From contig UYFQ01000001.1 in assembly GCA_900617105.1 (NCBI GenBank), positions 1,612,001-1,676,000 of the forward strand: a DNA stretch of 64,000 nt, read 5' to 3'. This DNA comes from Hydrurus foetidus (taxonomy: Eukaryota). The first letter of the stretch is position 1. Every line of letters starts with the position of its first letter. Shown piece after piece: positions 9,373-21,213 of this stretch. The notes below the pieces were generated by a model, which was not told where the DNA came from, ran no database searches, and worked only from the letters and a program-made list of their open reading frames with translations. A program made the position numbers and the translations under genes.

Positions 9373-9825
9373 TTACGCTGTTTCGCCATACACCGTCACG
9401 GTGATGTCCACCAGCACGTCGGTGTGCAGAGCCACGCTGACCGCATGGTCACCCGTGGTTTTCAGCGGGCCGACTGGCATGCGGATTTGTGATTTGGCCA
9501 CTGCAAAGCCTTGCTTGGTCAGCTCGGCAGAAATGTCGTGGTTGGTCACAGAGCCGAACAAGCGGCCATCAACACCGGCTTTTTGCGTCAGCTTGATGGT
9601 CGTGCCGCCCAGCTTGGCGCCTTGGGCCTGTGATTCAGCCAGCTTGGCAGCCGCTGCTTTTTCAAGCTCGACGCGCTTGGCTTCGAACTCGGCCTTGTTG
9701 GCAGTCGTTGCGCGGCGTGCACGGCCTGATGGAATCAGAAAGTTGCGTGCGTAGCCGTCTTTGACTTTGACGACTTCACCCAGGGTGCCGAGGTTAACGA
9801 CTTTGTCTAACAAAATGATTTGCAT
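9373..9825 (-). CDS. rplI: 50S ribosomal protein L9
   Basis: MQIILL...[18 protein letters not shown]. Confidence 0.98.
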   Translation of the reverse strand: MQIILLDKVVNLGTLGEVVKVKDGYARNFLIPSGRARRATTANKAEFEAKRVELEKAAAAKLAESQAQGAKLGGTTIKLTQKAGVDGRLFGSVTNHDISAELTKQGFAVAKSQIRMPVGPLKTTGDHAVSVALHTDVLVDITVTVYGETA

Positions 9826-9836
9826 GGTCGTGCTCC

Positions 9837-10121
9837 TTACAGGCTTTTGTGCTGGTCGCTGTATGGCAGCATGGCCAAAAAGCGAGCGCGTTTGACGGCG
9901 GTGTTGATCTGGCGCTGGAAGATCGCGCGCGTGCCGGTTAGGCGTGCGGGAATGATCTTGCCGTTTTCAGAAACAAAGTCACGCAGGGTGTCGATGTCTT
10001 TGTAGTCGATTTCTTCGACGCCAGCAGCGGTAAAGCGGCAAAAGCGCTTGCGCTTGAACAGCAATGATTGTGTGTTGCGCTTGGGGCGCTTGTCTTTATT
10101 AAAACGTTTTGGTCCGGGCAT
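9837..10121 (-). CDS. rpsR: 30S ribosomal protein S18
   Basis: [22 protein letters not shown]. Confidence 0.98.
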   Translation of the reverse strand: MPGPKRFNKDKRPKRNTQSLLFKRKRFCRFTAAGVEEIDYKDIDTLRDFVSENGKIIPARLTGTRAIFQRQINTAVKRARFLAMLPYSDQHKSL

Positions 10122-10137
10122 GATGGACTCCTTTAAA

Positions 10138-10428
10138 TTAAGTAATGTCTTGAATGTGAAAGACGATGCTTTTACTGGTACGTGCGTTGATCAAAAAACC
10201 GGTAAACAACTGCAGCTTGCCTAATTCGGCTTTGGCTGAAACTTCAGCCAGTGCGCCGAAAGCGACTGCTCTGACTGTCAATTTAACTTGCCTTTTGACC
10301 CCTGCTTGTTCAACTTCGGACTCGTGTTCGAGAACCAAGTTGAGGGCTGGGATACCGGCTGGCGTGTAGCGTAGAGGACTTGCCTCGGCGATGCGTGCCG
10401 TTAGTTTGACGGTGTTTAGCTGGTTCAA
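10138..10428 (-). CDS. priB: Primosomal replication protein N
   Basis: [14 protein letters not shown]; lies between rpsF and rpsR. Confidence 0.95.
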   Translation of the reverse strand: MNQLNTVKLTARIAEASPLRYTPAGIPALNLVLEHESEVEQAGVKRQVKLTVRAVAFGALAEVSAKAELGKLQLFTGFLINARTSKSIVFHIQDIT

Positions 10429-10439
10429 TGAATCGTTAA

Positions 10440-10814
10440 TTAGCGGTCGTTTCCAGCGTATTCAGCTTGTTGTGTTTTGCGGGCTTCTTCACGCTCGACG
10501 TTGCGCATCATCAAAGATGGGCCGGTTTCGGCTTTCTTTTTGAGCACGGTCAAGTGGCGCAGCACTGCGTCATTGAACTTGAACGCGTGTTCAATTTCGT
10601 CCATCACGGCCTGTGAGGCTTCGATGTTGATGCACAGGTAGTGGGCTTTGCCGAGTTTTTGAATCAGATAAATGAGCTGGCGACGGCCCCAATCTTCAAC
10701 ACGGTGAACAACACCACCGCCGGCAACAATCATGCCCTTGTAACGTTCCAGCATGGCTGGCACTTGCTCGCTTTGATCCGGGTGGATCAGCAAGACGATC
10801 TCGTAGTGACGCAT
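10440..10814 (-). CDS. rpsF: 30S ribosomal protein S6
   Basis: [22 protein letters not shown]. Confidence 0.98.
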   Translation of the reverse strand: MRHYEIVLLIHPDQSEQVPAMLERYKGMIVAGGGVVHRVEDWGRRQLIYLIQKLGKAHYLCINIEASQAVMDEIEHAFKFNDAVLRHLTVLKKKAETGPSLMMRNVEREEARKTQQAEYAGNDR

Positions 10815-10925
10815 AAGACTCCTTTTGGGTTAATAAAAAGCCGCCCCGGCGTCAAGACGGGTGCGGCAAGGTGAGCCCATGATTATATACCGCCGCTGCT
10901 TCTGACAGAGCCAGCTACCGGGTGG

Positions 10926-13334
10926 CTAATTGGCCAGCTGCTTCCAGGTCGCAATCACGGTGTCGGGGTTCAATGAAATCGAGCCAATGCCCTGGTCTTT
11001 GAGCCACTGCGCCAAGTCAGGGTGGTCGCTGGGGCCCTGACCGCAAATACCTACGTATTTGCCTTGGCGTTTGCAGGCCGAAATCGCCATCGAAAGCAGC
11101 TTTTTGACTGCCGGGTCGCGCTCGTCAAAGTCTTGGGCCAGCACTTCTAGGCCTGAGTCGCGGTCCAAACCGAGGGTGAGCTGAGTCAGGTCGTTTGAGC
11201 CGATTGAAAACCCGTCGAAGTATTCTAAAAACTCGTCGGCCAGCACTGCGTTGCTCGGCACTTCGCACATCATGATGAGCTTGAGGCCGTCTTGCCCGCG
11301 CTTTAGGCCGTGCTCGGCCAGCAGCTCGGTGACTTTGGCGGCTTGGCCCAGCGTGCGCACAAACGGCACCATGACTTCAACATTACTTAAGCCCATGTCG
11401 TTACGCACGCGTTTAAGTGCTTCGCATTCCATGGCAAATGCGGCTCTAAAGTCGGCACTGATGTAGCGCGCCGCGCCACGAAAGCCGAGCATCGGGTTTT
11501 CTTCTTCAGGCTCGTAGCGGGAGCCGCCAATCAGCTTGCGGTACTCGTTCGATTTGAAGTCTGACAGCCGAACAATCACCGGCTTGGGCCAAAAGGCGGC
11601 GGCAATGGTGGCGATGCCTTCGGCTACTTTGTCGACGTAAAAAGCGCGAGGCGACGCATGGCCGCGGGCCACGCTTTCAACCGCCTGCTTCAAATCTGCA
11701 TCAATATTGGGGTAGTCCAAAATCGCTTTGGGGTGCACGCCAATATTGTTGTTGATGATGAATTCGAGCCGCGCCAGGCCCACGCCTTGGTTAGGTATTT
11801 GGCAAAAGTCAAACGCCAGTTGCGGGTTGCCGACGTTCATCATGATTTTGATGTCGATCGGCGGCATGTCGCCGCGCTGCACTTCGGTCACTTCGGTCTC
11901 AAGCAAGCCGTCGTAAATGTTGCCGGTGTCGCCTTCAGCGCAACTGACCGTGACCAGCATGCCGTCTTTAAGCAGCTCAGTCGCGTCCCCGCAGCCGACA
12001 ACGGCCGGTATGCCCAGCTCACGCGCAATGATCGCGGCGTGGCAGGTGCGCCCGCCCCGGTTGGTGACGATGGCGGCGGCGCGTTTCATCACCGGCTCCC
12101 AGTTCGGGTCGGTCATGTCAGTGACCAGCACATCACCGGGCTGGACCTGGTCCATGTCTTTGATGTCGCGCACGATCCGTACGGGGCCGGTGCCAATTTT
12201 TTGACCAATTGCACGGCCTTCTGTCAGCACGTTGCCCTTGGCCTGGTTGGCTTTGAGCTTGTAGCGCAGCTCGGCTTTGCCTTTAGCCTGGCTTTTTACG
12301 GTTTCAGGCCGGGCCTGCAGGATGTACAGCAGCCCGTCGGTTCCGTCTTTGCCCCATTCAATGTCCATCGGGCGTTGGTAGTGCTCTTCAATGATGAGCG
12401 CGTACCTGGCGAGCTGCTCAACGTCGGCGTCGCTCAGCGAATAACGGTTGCGCAGCTCGGTGGGCACGTCGGTGGTTTTAACCAGCTTGCCACCAGACGC
12501 TTTCTCGGCCGCGGTGGTGAATTCCATCTGCAGCAACTTGCTGCCCAGGTTGCGGCGAATCAGCGCGCGCTTACCTGCTTTCAGCATGGGCTTGTGCACA
12601 TAAAACTCATCCGGGTTCACGGCACCCTGCACCACCGTTTCACCCAGGCCGTAGCTCGACGTGATGAACACCACGTCTTCAAAACCGCTTTCAGTGTCGA
12701 TGGTGAACATGACGCCCGCTGCGCCCTTGTCGCTGCGCACCATGCGCTGCACGCCTGCTGACAAAGCCACATCTGCATGGGCAAAACCCTGGTGAACGCG
12801 GTAGCTGATGGCGCGGTCGTTGTAGAGCGACGCAAACACCTCTTTCATTTTGTGCAGCACGTCGTCTATGCCGACCACGTTTAAAAACGTTTCTTGCTGG
12901 CCTGCAAACGACGCGTCGGGCAGGTCTTCAGCCGTGGCTGATGAGCGCACTGCAAAACTCGCCTCGACGTTTCCTGAACTCAACGCCGCGAAGCTGCCAC
13001 GCACGGCTTTTTCAAACTCCGCTGGAAACGGCTGGGCTTCCACCAACCCGCGAATCTGGCTACCAGCTGCAGCCAGAGCCCGCACGTCATCCGTATTGAG
13101 TGCATCCAGCACCGAGTTGATTTTTTTATCCAGCCCATCGTGTGCCAAAAACTGGCGAAACGCGTGCGCCGTGGTGGCAAAGCCAGTGGGTACCCGCACG
13201 CCGCCTTCGCCCGTGGGCAGCTGTGAAATCATCTCGCCAAGGCTGGCGTTTTTACCGCCTACTGCCTCGACATCCGTCATCCTCAGGTTCTCAAACGGCA
13301 CGACCAATGCGGTCGCCTCAAAAAGACTGGACAT
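10926..13334 (-). CDS. ppsA: Phosphoenolpyruvate synthase
   Basis: [35 protein letters not shown]. Confidence 0.97.
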   Translation of the reverse strand: MSSLFEATALVVPFENLRMTDVEAVGGKNASLGEMISQLPTGEGGVRVPTGFATTAHAFRQFLAHDGLDKKINSVLDALNTDDVRALAAAGSQIRGLVEAQPFPAEFEKAVRGSFAALSSGNVEASFAVRSSATAEDLPDASFAGQQETFLNVVGIDDVLHKMKEVFASLYNDRAISYRVHQGFAHADVALSAGVQRMVRSDKGAAGVMFTIDTESGFEDVVFITSSYGLGETVVQGAVNPDEFYVHKPMLKAGKRALIRRNLGSKLLQMEFTTAAEKASGGKLVKTTDVPTELRNRYSLSDADVEQLARYALIIEEHYQRPMDIEWGKDGTDGLLYILQARPETVKSQAKGKAELRYKLKANQAKGNVLTEGRAIGQKIGTGPVRIVRDIKDMDQVQPGDVLVTDMTDPNWEPVMKRAAAIVTNRGGRTCHAAIIARELGIPAVVGCGDATELLKDGMLVTVSCAEGDTGNIYDGLLETEVTEVQRGDMPPIDIKIMMNVGNPQLAFDFCQIPNQGVGLARLEFIINNNIGVHPKAILDYPNIDADLKQAVESVARGHASPRAFYVDKVAEGIATIAAAFWPKPVIVRLSDFKSNEYRKLIGGSRYEPEEENPMLGFRGAARYISADFRAAFAMECEALKRVRNDMGLSNVEVMVPFVRTLGQAAKVTELLAEHGLKRGQDGLKLIMMCEVPSNAVLADEFLEYFDGFSIGSNDLTQLTLGLDRDSGLEVLAQDFDERDPAVKKLLSMAISACKRQGKYVGICGQGPSDHPDLAQWLKDQGIGSISLNPDTVIATWKQLAN

Positions 13335-13523
13335 ACACATACTCCGGGAGGTTTTAAAAGCGTTGGGGCATTCATGCGTGCAAACGGGCCGTGTTGTAGT
13401 CTTGTATTAGGTGCGGCAGACATGAAGCTATTAGGAGGCGGATAGTCGAGATAATTACATAATTGTAGGGCGCGGGCAGCTACCGCCAGCGCCCTGAGCT
13501 TGCAACAACCTGAAAGCGCAAAC

Positions 13524-14345
13524 ATGCCTAACCGCACGGTATTTTTCATCTCTGACGGCACGGGCATTACCGCCGAGACTTTTGGCAACGCGATTCTGGC
13601 GCAGTTTGAAATGACTGCCCGCCACATTCGACTGCCGTTTACCGACAGCGTGGACAAGGCGCACCAGGTGGTGCGGCACATCAACCACGTGGCCGAGCTG
13701 GAAGGCAAGCGCCCGATTGTTTTCACCACGCTGGTCAACATGCAAATTTTGGCGGTGATTAAAAAAGACTGCAACGGCATGCTGCTGGACATGTTTGGCA
13801 CGTTTGTGTCGCCGCTTGAGGCTGAGCTGGGCATCAAGTCCAATCACCGGGTGGGCCGGTTTTCAGACGCGTCAAAAAGCAAAGCCTATGACAACCGGAT
13901 TGAAGCAATTAATTTTTCCCTGGCGCATGACGACGGGCAAAGCCACAAAGACCTGGCGGGCTCTGACGTGATTTTGGTCGGCGTGAGCCGCAGCGGCAAA
14001 ACGCCTACGTCACTGTATTTGGCCATGCAGCATGGCCTGAAGGCATCCAACTACCCGCTGATACCGGAGGACTTTGACCGCCGCCAATTGCCGCCCGCGC
14101 TTGTCGAGCACCGCAAAAAGATTTTCGGTTTGACGATTGCGCCCGAGCGCCTGGCGCAAATCAGAAACGAGCGCCGGCCAGATTCGGTGTATTCCAGCTT
14201 GGCCAACTGCCGCCACGAGATTCACGAAGCCGAGGCAATGATGCGGCGCGAAGGCATTCGCTGGTTGTCTACCACCACCAAGTCGATTGAAGAAATTGCA
14301 ACCACCATATTGCAAGAAATTAAGCCTGAGCGGCTGGAATATTAG
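13524..14345 (+). CDS. ppsR: PEP synthase regulatory kinase/pyrophosphorylase
   Basis: [18 protein letters not shown]; divergent from ppsA (not the photosynthesis regulator PpsR). Confidence 0.95.
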   Translation: MPNRTVFFISDGTGITAETFGNAILAQFEMTARHIRLPFTDSVDKAHQVVRHINHVAELEGKRPIVFTTLVNMQILAVIKKDCNGMLLDMFGTFVSPLEAELGIKSNHRVGRFSDASKSKAYDNRIEAINFSLAHDDGQSHKDLAGSDVILVGVSRSGKTPTSLYLAMQHGLKASNYPLIPEDFDRRQLPPALVEHRKKIFGLTIAPERLAQIRNERRPDSVYSSLANCRHEIHEAEAMMRREGIRWLSTTTKSIEEIATTILQEIKPERLEY

Positions 14346-14374
14346 CTTTCCGCTTCTATTAAATACTATTGAAC

Positions 14375-14429
14375 ACTATTAAATAAGGAGCTGCTCGCGC
14401 CCGTATTTATTGGGCTATAGGCCGTTTTT
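14375..14429 (+). repeat. Family-1 element
   Basis: GGAGCTGCTCGCGCCCGTATTTATTGGGCTATAGGCC. Confidence 0.85.
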
Positions 14430-14475
14430 GCTGTGTTTTAGAGTCTTTTTTACCTGTTTTTTGCCTTCAAGCGGC

Positions 14476-15684
14476 CTAGGGCAACACGGGCAGCAGCCGA
14501 ATCAATTTGCCCGCCGCCGCGTCGGTCAATACGTACAGCAAACCGTCTGGGCCTTGGCGCACATCACGAATTCGCTCGTTAGCGGCTTCAAGCAGCTTGC
14601 TTTCCCGCACCACCTTGCCTGCGTAGGGCGCGGCCAGCTCAATCCTGTCAAGGTAGCCAAACTTAAGCGAGCCCACCATCAAGTTGCCCTGCCAGGCTTT
14701 GCCATAGCGCTCGCTGGTCACAAAAGCCATGCCCGATGGCGCAATGGACGGCGTCCAGTGGTGCAGCGGCTGGGCCATGCCTTCTTTGGCGGTGATGCCG
14801 TCGCCAATTTTGCCGCCGCCATATAGTTCGCCATAGGTGATGACTGGCCACCCGTAGTTAATGCCGGGCTTGGGCAGGTTGATTTCGTCGCCGCCTTGTG
14901 GGCCGTGCTCGTGCATCCACAGCGTGCCGTCTGGCGCCAGCGTTGCGCCTTGCGGGTTGCGGTGGCCGTAGCTCCAAATTTCAGGCAACGCCCCGGCTTT
15001 GCCGACAAAGGGGTTGTCTGGCGGCACCGAGCCGTCTTTATTGATGCGAATAATTTTGCCGTGGTGGTTGCCCAGGTTTTGCGCGTCGTCAGCGCGTGAA
15101 AATCGCTCGCCCAACGTTAGAAATAGCTTGCCGTCGGGTTTGCCGTTCAAGCCCGGGGCGCGGCTTTCAACAATGCGGCAACCAAAATGCAGGGTGCTTG
15201 AAAATTTGGGTTTTTGGCTGAAGATGACTTTTACTTCGGCAAGCCGAGCACCATCAGCGCTTAACGTGGCTTTGGCCAGTGCCGTGCTGTTGCCGTTGCC
15301 CACCGCAGCGGGTTCTGAAAAGCAAAAGTACAGCGTGCGGTTAGCGGCAAAGTCAGCGTCCAAAATCACGTCGAGCAGGCCGCCCTGCCCGGCTGCAGCG
15401 ACTTCGGGCAGGCCATCAATGGGTTGATTCAGTTTGCCGTTGCGCTCAATGATTCGAAGCCGCCCGGGCCTTTCGGTCACTAAAAACCGCCCGTCTGGCA
15501 AAAAAGCCACCGCCCACGGGTGTTGCAAGCCGCTGGCCACGGTTTCAGGCTTAACGCCTTGCGCAGCGGCGGGCGCACAGCAGGCCACTGCCCCAGCAAA
15601 CGCTATAAATACAGTAGCTTCTCGCGCCCGTATATATTGGGCTACAGGCATGTTTGGCACTGAAAAAAGCGATAAATTTAGCAT
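14476..15684 (-). CDS. PQQ-dependent aldose sugar dehydrogenase (YliI/GSDH family)
   Basis: PWAVAFLPDG, GQGGLLD, GHRNPQG, EHGPQGGDE; start uncertain. Confidence 0.9.
   Translation of the reverse strand: MLNLSLFSVPNMPVAQYIRAREATVFIAFAGAVACCAPAAAQGVKPETVASGLQHPWAVAFLPDGRFLVTERPGRLRIIERNGKLNQPIDGLPEVAAAGQGGLLDVILDADFAANRTLYFCFSEPAAVGNGNSTALAKATLSADGARLAEVKVIFSQKPKFSSTLHFGCRIVESRAPGLNGKPDGKLFLTLGERFSRADDAQNLGNHHGKIIRINKDGSVPPDNPFVGKAGALPEIWSYGHRNPQGATLAPDGTLWMHEHGPQGGDEINLPKPGINYGWPVITYGELYGGGKIGDGITAKEGMAQPLHHWTPSIAPSGMAFVTSERYGKAWQGNLMVGSLKFGYLDRIELAAPYAGKVVRESKLLEAANERIRDVRQGPDGLLYVLTDAAAGKLIRLLPVLP
15602..15655 (+). repeat. Family-1 element in the 5' coding region of the PQQ dehydrogenase
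   Basis: Encodes MPVAQYIRAREATVFIA. Confidence 0.85.
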
Positions 15685-15874
15685 TTTTAACCCTTTGCGT
15701 ACATCGTTCGCGGCAACATAACTATCCCACACGCAGCCGCTCGACGCTTGTTGCCGCTGGGTGTTTACCGCCCTAAAAATCGGGTTATTCCGTTACAAAT
15801 CAAGGGTTTACGTTGGTTACCAAGAAACTACTAGAGGTTGACTTGCACCACTTACTTCCAGTATCCTGCGGGTC

Positions 15875-16417
15875 ATGCAGTTAAAACCCCTCCTCATCGT
15901 TGCCCTTCTGGCCAGCTTGCAAGCCGCAAGCGCCCATGCTGCCCCCGCTGGCGCAGGCGACGATATGGAAAAACTGCTGGCTGAAAAGGGCCTGCTCGGC
16001 CAGCTTGAGCAAGTGCGCCAAACAGTTGGCAGCAAGGCGTCAGACCTGGTGGTTAACGCCATGGGATTTTTAGGCGTGCCGTACAAGCGCGGCGGCAACA
16101 CGGCTGAAACCGGTTTTGACTGCAGTGGCTTTGTGCGCGCCATGTACGAACAAACCATTGGCCTGGTGCTGCCGCGCCGGGCCGACCAGCAAGCCGCCGC
16201 CACGCAAAGCATCGACAAAGCCGATTTAAAGCCCGGTGATTTGGTGTTTTTCAACACGCTGCGGCGCACCTTCAGCCATGTAGGCATTTACGTGGGCGAA
16301 GGCCGGTTCATTCATTCGCCCAAACCCGGCGCTGAAGTGCGGGTTGAAAGCATGAAAATCGACTACTGGGCCAGCCGCTTTGACGGCGCCCGCCGCGTGC
16401 AAGCTACACCCGACTAG
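15875..16417 (+). CDS. NlpC/P60 (C40) cell-wall peptidase
   Basis: Signal peptide, GFDCSG, PGDLVFF, SHVGIY. Confidence 0.93.
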   Translation: MQLKPLLIVALLASLQAASAHAAPAGAGDDMEKLLAEKGLLGQLEQVRQTVGSKASDLVVNAMGFLGVPYKRGGNTAETGFDCSGFVRAMYEQTIGLVLPRRADQQAAATQSIDKADLKPGDLVFFNTLRRTFSHVGIYVGEGRFIHSPKPGAEVRVESMKIDYWASRFDGARRVQATPD

Positions 16418-16890
16418 CTAGCGGCAAGGGCTGCTAACGCAGCTATCACTTCTTTCGGTGCTTGCACCAGCTCGATTAACACACCCTCCCCGGCAATCGG
16501 GAACTCATCGCTCGCTTTGGGGTGCAGAAAGCAAATATCAAAACCCGCAGCGCCCTGGCGAATGCCGCCAGGTGCAAACCGCACACCCTGCGCGGTCAGC
16601 CACTCGACTGCCATGGGCAAGTCGTCAATCCACAGGCCGACATGGTTCAACGGTGTGGTGTGCACGGCCGGTTTCTTGTCGATGTCGAGCGGCTGCATTA
16701 AATCAACCTCGACCTTGAACGGCCCGCTGCCGATGGCGCAAATGTCTTCGTCCACGTTTTCACGTTCGCTGACGTAGTTGCCGGTGACTTCAAGCCCCAG
16801 CATATCGACCCACAGGGTTTTAAGCCGTGCTTTGTCTGGCGCGCCAATGGCGATTTGTTGAATGCCGAGCACTTTAAACGGCCTGCTCAT
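16414..16890 (-). CDS. VOC family protein, probable methylmalonyl-CoA epimerase
   Basis: QQIAIG, NHVGLW, FLHPK, LIELVQ; cluster context. Confidence 0.8.
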   Translation of the reverse strand: MSRPFKVLGIQQIAIGAPDKARLKTLWVDMLGLEVTGNYVSERENVDEDICAIGSGPFKVEVDLMQPLDIDKKPAVHTTPLNHVGLWIDDLPMAVEWLTAQGVRFAPGGIRQGAAGFDICFLHPKASDEFPIAGEGVLIELVQAPKEVIAALAALAAS

Positions 16891-17168
16891 GCTGCAGCCG
16901 GGTACTTGCGACCCGCCAGATACGTGACGCCATGCGCGGCGGCGTTTTCAACGTGCGGTGTTTGCGCTGCCAGCCTGAACATATTGCCCGCCGCGTAGGT
17001 GGTTGAAACGCCATTTATCCTCAGCGTGATGTCCCCTTCAGTGACTAACGCCCAGGCCTCAAACGGATGCGCGTGCTCCCCCATTTCGTAGCCGACGGGT
17101 TTGCTGACCAATTCGGCTTCGTTGAAGTTTTCTGCTTTTAATTGAGCTTCAAAATCTTGAGTGTTCAT
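16887..17168 (-). CDS. Small cupin protein
   Basis: HAHPFEA...PHVE. Confidence 0.75.
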   Translation of the reverse strand: MNTQDFEAQLKAENFNEAELVSKPVGYEMGEHAHPFEAWALVTEGDITLRINGVSTTYAAGNMFRLAAQTPHVENAAAHGVTYLAGRKYPAAA

Positions 17169-17188
17169 GGTTCATTCCTGATTTGAAT

Positions 17189-19279
17189 TTAAGCGAACTC
17201 AACAATCGGCTGGTCCACCACCAGCGTTTCGCCCTTGGCGGCCAACACTTTGCCCACCACACCGTCCGCCAGCGCAAACAGCACGTTCTCCATCTTCATG
17301 GCTTCAATCACAGCAACCCGCTCACCGGCTTGTACTTTTTGGCCGACCTGCACCGCCACATCGACCAGCAAGCCAGGCATGGGCGACAGCACGTAGCGGC
17401 TCATGTCGGGTGGGGCTTTGTGCGGCATCAGCGCATGCAGCGCTGCAGCGCGTGGGCTAAGCACCAGCGCGTCAAGCTGCGTGCCGTTGTGCGCAACGCG
17501 AATAGCCAACGGGTTCTTGCCAACGCCGCGCTCGACTTGCGCAGTGAACGATTTGCCGTTGGCCGTGCCCCGAATACGCGCGCCACCCAGGTGCCAGTTG
17601 CTACATATTTCGTAGCTGCTAGCGCCCGTATCTATTCGGCTAGAGCCTGATTTCTCTTGGAAATCAGTCACTGAAACGCCCTTTGGGGTGTTTTTGCCTT
17701 CCACGCCCAACGCAATGACCACAAACTCTTCAGCCACCGTCACACTGTGACCAGGCAGCTGGCCACTGATGCCCGCGGCGCGGCCAAGCATGCGGCGGTT
17801 GACATAAGCCGCCAGCGCCACTAAAAAGTCAGGGTCATCATGTGGCACGTCTTCTGCCTTGAAGCCTTTACCGTAGTTCTCTGCGATAAACCCGGTGTTG
17901 AAATCCCCAGCCACAAACTTCGGGTGGGCGAGCAACGCGGCTTGAAAAGGAATATTGCTGCTCACGCCGCGAATCACAAACCCATTGAGTGCCTCACGCA
18001 TTTTGGCAATCGCGTCCAGCCGGTCTTTGCCGTGCACGATGAGTTTGGCAATCATGGAGTCGTAAAACATCGGAATTTCGCCGCCGTCCTCGACTCCGGT
18101 ATCGACCCGCACGCCGCCGAAGGCCTGATCGCTCCCCTCGCCCGCTTGCGGGGGAGGGGTTGGGGGTGAGGGCCGCGCCGCAAACATGGTTTCTTTCGGC
18201 GGCTGAAAGCGCACCAGCCGCCCTGTGCTCGGCAGAAAACTCCGAAACGGATCTTCAGCATTGATGCGGCATTCCATCGCCCATCCATTGCGTTGCACGT
18301 CTTTTTGTTCAAGCGGCAGCTTTTCACCCGCAGCCACGCGAATCATCAGCTCCACCAAATCAAGCCCGGTAATGCATTCCGTCACCGGGTGCTCCACTTG
18401 CAGGCGCGTGTTCATTTCCAGAAAGTAAAAGCTCTGGTCTTTGCCGACAACAAATTCAACCGTGCCCGCGCTTTGGTACTTCACGGCCTTGGCCAGCAGC
18501 ACGGCTTGCTCGCCCATCGCTTTGCGGGTCGCGTCGGTAATGAACGGCGACGGCGCTTCTTCAATTACCTTTTGGTGGCGGCGCTGAATCGAGCATTCGC
18601 GCTCGTTGAGGTAAATCACATTGCCGTGACTGTCACCCATCAACTGGATTTCAATGTGGCGCGGCTCTTCGACAAACTTTTCAATGAACACGCGGTCATC
18701 GCCAAAACTGTTCTTGGCTTCATTGCGGCACGAGGTAAAACCTTCAAACGCTTCCTTGTCGTTAAAGGCAACCCGCAAGCCCTTGCCACCGCCGCCCGCG
18801 CTGGCTTTGATCATGACCGGGTAACCAATGCCTTTGGCAATCTCCACAGCCTTTTCAGCCGTTTCAATTGCATCGTTCACACCCGGAATGCAGTTAACCC
18901 CCGCTGCGCCCGCCAGCTTTTTAGATTCAATCTTGTCGCCCATCGCGGCGATGGAATAGTGCTTGGGGCCGATGAAAACGATGCCTTCTTCTTCAACCCG
19001 CTTGGCAAAGCCAGCGTTTTCGCTGAGGAAACCGTAGCCCGGATGCACAGCCTGCGCACCGGTTTGTTTGCAGGCTGCGATGATTTTTTCAGCCTGTAAA
19101 TAACTGTCGCGGCTGGGCGCGGGGCCGATGTTGACGGCTTCGTCAGCCAGTTCAACATGGCGTGCGTCTTTGTCAGCGTCAGAGTAAACCGCTACTGTCT
19201 TGATACCCATTTTCTGGGCAGTCAAGATGATTCGGCAGGCGATTTCGCCTCGGTTGGCTATAAGAATTTTTGTGAACAT
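17189..19279 (-). CDS. pccA: Propionyl-CoA carboxylase alpha chain
   Basis: ANRGEIA, HPGYGFLSEN, EMNTRLQVEH, EAMKM biotin site. Confidence 0.93.
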   Translation of the reverse strand: MFTKILIANRGEIACRIILTAQKMGIKTVAVYSDADKDARHVELADEAVNIGPAPSRDSYLQAEKIIAACKQTGAQAVHPGYGFLSENAGFAKRVEEEGIVFIGPKHYSIAAMGDKIESKKLAGAAGVNCIPGVNDAIETAEKAVEIAKGIGYPVMIKASAGGGGKGLRVAFNDKEAFEGFTSCRNEAKNSFGDDRVFIEKFVEEPRHIEIQLMGDSHGNVIYLNERECSIQRRHQKVIEEAPSPFITDATRKAMGEQAVLLAKAVKYQSAGTVEFVVGKDQSFYFLEMNTRLQVEHPVTECITGLDLVELMIRVAAGEKLPLEQKDVQRNGWAMECRINAEDPFRSFLPSTGRLVRFQPPKETMFAARPSPPTPPPQAGEGSDQAFGGVRVDTGVEDGGEIPMFYDSMIAKLIVHGKDRLDAIAKMREALNGFVIRGVSSNIPFQAALLAHPKFVAGDFNTGFIAENYGKGFKAEDVPHDDPDFLVALAAYVNRRMLGRAAGISGQLPGHSVTVAEEFVVIALGVEGKNTPKGVSVTDFQEKSGSSRIDTGASSYEICSNWHLGGARIRGTANGKSFTAQVERGVGKNPLAIRVAHNGTQLDALVLSPRAAALHALMPHKAPPDMSRYVLSPMPGLLVDVAVQVGQKVQAGERVAVIEAMKMENVLFALADGVVGKVLAAKGETLVVDQPIVEFA
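17600..17653 (+). repeat. Family-1 element inside pccA
   Basis: Encodes KSGSSRIDTGASSYEICS. Confidence 0.8.
18132..18172. repeat. Family-2 CCCTC/GAGGG palindromic element inside pccA
   Basis: CTCCCCTCGCCCGCTTGCGGGGGAGGGGTTGGGGGTGAGGG; encodes PSPPTPPPQAGEGS. Confidence 0.85.
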
Positions 19280-19337
19280 TTTTTACTTTCGATCAATCTT
19301 TGTTGGGTAGCTTGCGAGGCAGTGGCCTGCTTAACCC

Positions 19338-19429
19338 GCAACGGCCACGGCGTATCTACCTCCGCGAATGTCCTCCGGCCTTTGGCCTCCTCCTTGATTT
19401 CGCTGCGGCAGACACGCCATGCCCGCTGC
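19338..19429 (-). repeat. Family-3 long structured hairpin A
   Basis: About 23-bp stem around core TCAAGGAGGA-GGCCAAAGGCC-GGAGGACA. Confidence 0.75.
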
Positions 19430-19481
19430 TAGAAAGGAGGTTGTGCTTTTGTGAAATTTGGAGTGAGAAACAGTCGTTAAA

Positions 19482-19569
19482 GGAGTGGGCTGGCTGTGCG
19501 TTTTGCGGAGGTCAAGGAGGAGCGCGAAGCGCGGGGGACACGTAGCAAAACGCGCAGCCAGCCCGCTCC
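19482..19569 (+). repeat. Family-3 long structured hairpin B
   Basis: 25-bp stem around core TCAAGGAGGA-GCGCGAAGCGC-GGGGGACA. Confidence 0.75.
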
Positions 19570-19602
19570 CACCCACTCGCCGCAATCTGATGCAATGAGC
19601 CA

Positions 19603-21135
19603 TCACAACGGAATATTCCCATGCTTGCGCCAAGGGTTCTCAAGCTTCTTGTCCCGCAGCATCACCAGCGATCGACAAATGCGTTTACGCGTTTCATGCG
19701 GCAAGATCACGTCATCAATAAAGCCACGCGCACCGGCCACGAACGGATTGGCAAACCGCTCTTTGTATTCCGCCTCACGCGCCGCCAGCTTCACCGGGTC
19801 ACCCTTGTCTTCCCTAAAAATAATTTCGACCGCGCCCTTGGCACCCATCACTGCAATCTCAGCGTTAGGCCAGGCAAAGTTCACGTCGCCGCGCAGGTGT
19901 TTTGAACTCATCACGTCATACGCGCCGCCATAAGCTTTGCGGGTGATGACGGTGATTTTGGGTACGGTACATTCGGCGTAGGCGTAGAGCAGTTTGGCCC
20001 CATGCTTGATGATGCCGCCGTATTCTTGCGACGTGCCAGGCATAAAACCGGGCACATCCACAAACGTGACCACCGGAATATTGAAGCAGTCACAAAAGCG
20101 CACAAAACGCGCTGCTTTAATCGACGATTTGATGTCCAGACAACCCGCCAACACCAGCGGCTGGTTGGCAACGATGCCAATGGTTTGGCCTTCCATTCGG
20201 GCAAAACCAATGATGATGTTTTTCGCGTACTCGGGCTGAATTTCAAAAAAGTCACCGTCATCAACCGTTTTAACAATCAGCTCCTTCATGTCATACGGCT
20301 TGTTCGGGTTTTCGGGCACTAGCGTGTCCAAGCTCAGGTCCATGCGCGTGGCTGGATCGGCACTTGGCCGCACCGGCGCTTTTTCGCGGTTGTTTAGCGG
20401 CAGATAGTTGTACAGGCGGCGCAGCATCAGCAGCGCTTCTACGTCGTTTTCAAACGCGAGGTCGGCTACGCCGCTTTTGGTGGTGTGCGTGATGGCACCG
20501 CCCAGTTCTTCAGCTGTCACGCTTTCATGCGTTACGGTTTTGACGACTTCGGGGCCAGTCACAAACATGTAGCTGGAGTCTTTGACCATGAAAATAAAAT
20601 CTGTCATGGCTGGGCTGTAAACCGCGCCGCCAGCGCTTGGCCCCATTATCATGCTGATTTGCGGAATCACGCCGCTGGCCATCACGTTGCGTTGAAACAC
20701 ATCGGCATAACCACCGAGTGACGCCACGCCCTCTTGAATGCGGGCGCCGCCGGAATCGTTCAGGCCAATCACCGGCGCGCCGACCTTCATCGCCTGGTCC
20801 ATCACCTTGCAGATTTTCTCGGCGTGCGCTTCGCTCAGTGCGCCGCCAAACACGGTGAAGTCTTGGCTGAAGACAAACACCAAACGGCCATTGATCATGC
20901 CGTAGCCCGTGACCACACCGTCGCCTGGCGGGCGGTTGTCTGCCATGCCAAAGTCTGTGCAGCGGTGCTCGACAAACATGTCCCACTCTTCAAACGTGCC
21001 TTCGTCCAGCAGCAACTCCAGCCGTTCTCGCGCGGTGAGTTTGCCTTTGCCGTGCTGCGCATCAATGCGCTTTTGACCACCGCCCAGCCGTGCAGCAGCA
21101 CGTTTTTGTTCTAGCTTTTCAAGAATGTCTTGCAT
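19603..21135 (-). CDS. pccB: Propionyl-CoA carboxylase beta chain
   Basis: [33 protein letters not shown]. Confidence 0.95.
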   Translation of the reverse strand: MQDILEKLEQKRAAARLGGGQKRIDAQHGKGKLTARERLELLLDEGTFEEWDMFVEHRCTDFGMADNRPPGDGVVTGYGMINGRLVFVFSQDFTVFGGALSEAHAEKICKVMDQAMKVGAPVIGLNDSGGARIQEGVASLGGYADVFQRNVMASGVIPQISMIMGPSAGGAVYSPAMTDFIFMVKDSSYMFVTGPEVVKTVTHESVTAEELGGAITHTTKSGVADLAFENDVEALLMLRRLYNYLPLNNREKAPVRPSADPATRMDLSLDTLVPENPNKPYDMKELIVKTVDDGDFFEIQPEYAKNIIIGFARMEGQTIGIVANQPLVLAGCLDIKSSIKAARFVRFCDCFNIPVVTFVDVPGFMPGTSQEYGGIIKHGAKLLYAYAECTVPKITVITRKAYGGAYDVMSSKHLRGDVNFAWPNAEIAVMGAKGAVEIIFREDKGDPVKLAAREAEYKERFANPFVAGARGFIDDVILPHETRKRICRSLVMLRDKKLENPWRKHGNIPL

Positions 21136-21159
21136 GGTTTAACTTTGGTTGATTAATTT

Positions 21160-21213
21160 GCTATTTATTCAGTAGCTGCTTGCGCCCGATTCGATTGGGC
21201 TACAAGCAGATTT
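21160..21213 (+). repeat. Family-1 element supplying the C-terminus and stop codon of meaB
   Basis: Encodes [15 protein letters not shown]. Confidence 0.85.

Noticed and set aside
13468..13482. Additional family-1 copy GGGCGCGGGCAGCTA
   Set aside because: Only the 15-nt core matches, so it was not counted.
19300..19633. ORFs 19331-19633(-) and 19300-19545(+)
   Set aside because: They run through family-3 hairpins and show no protein motifs.
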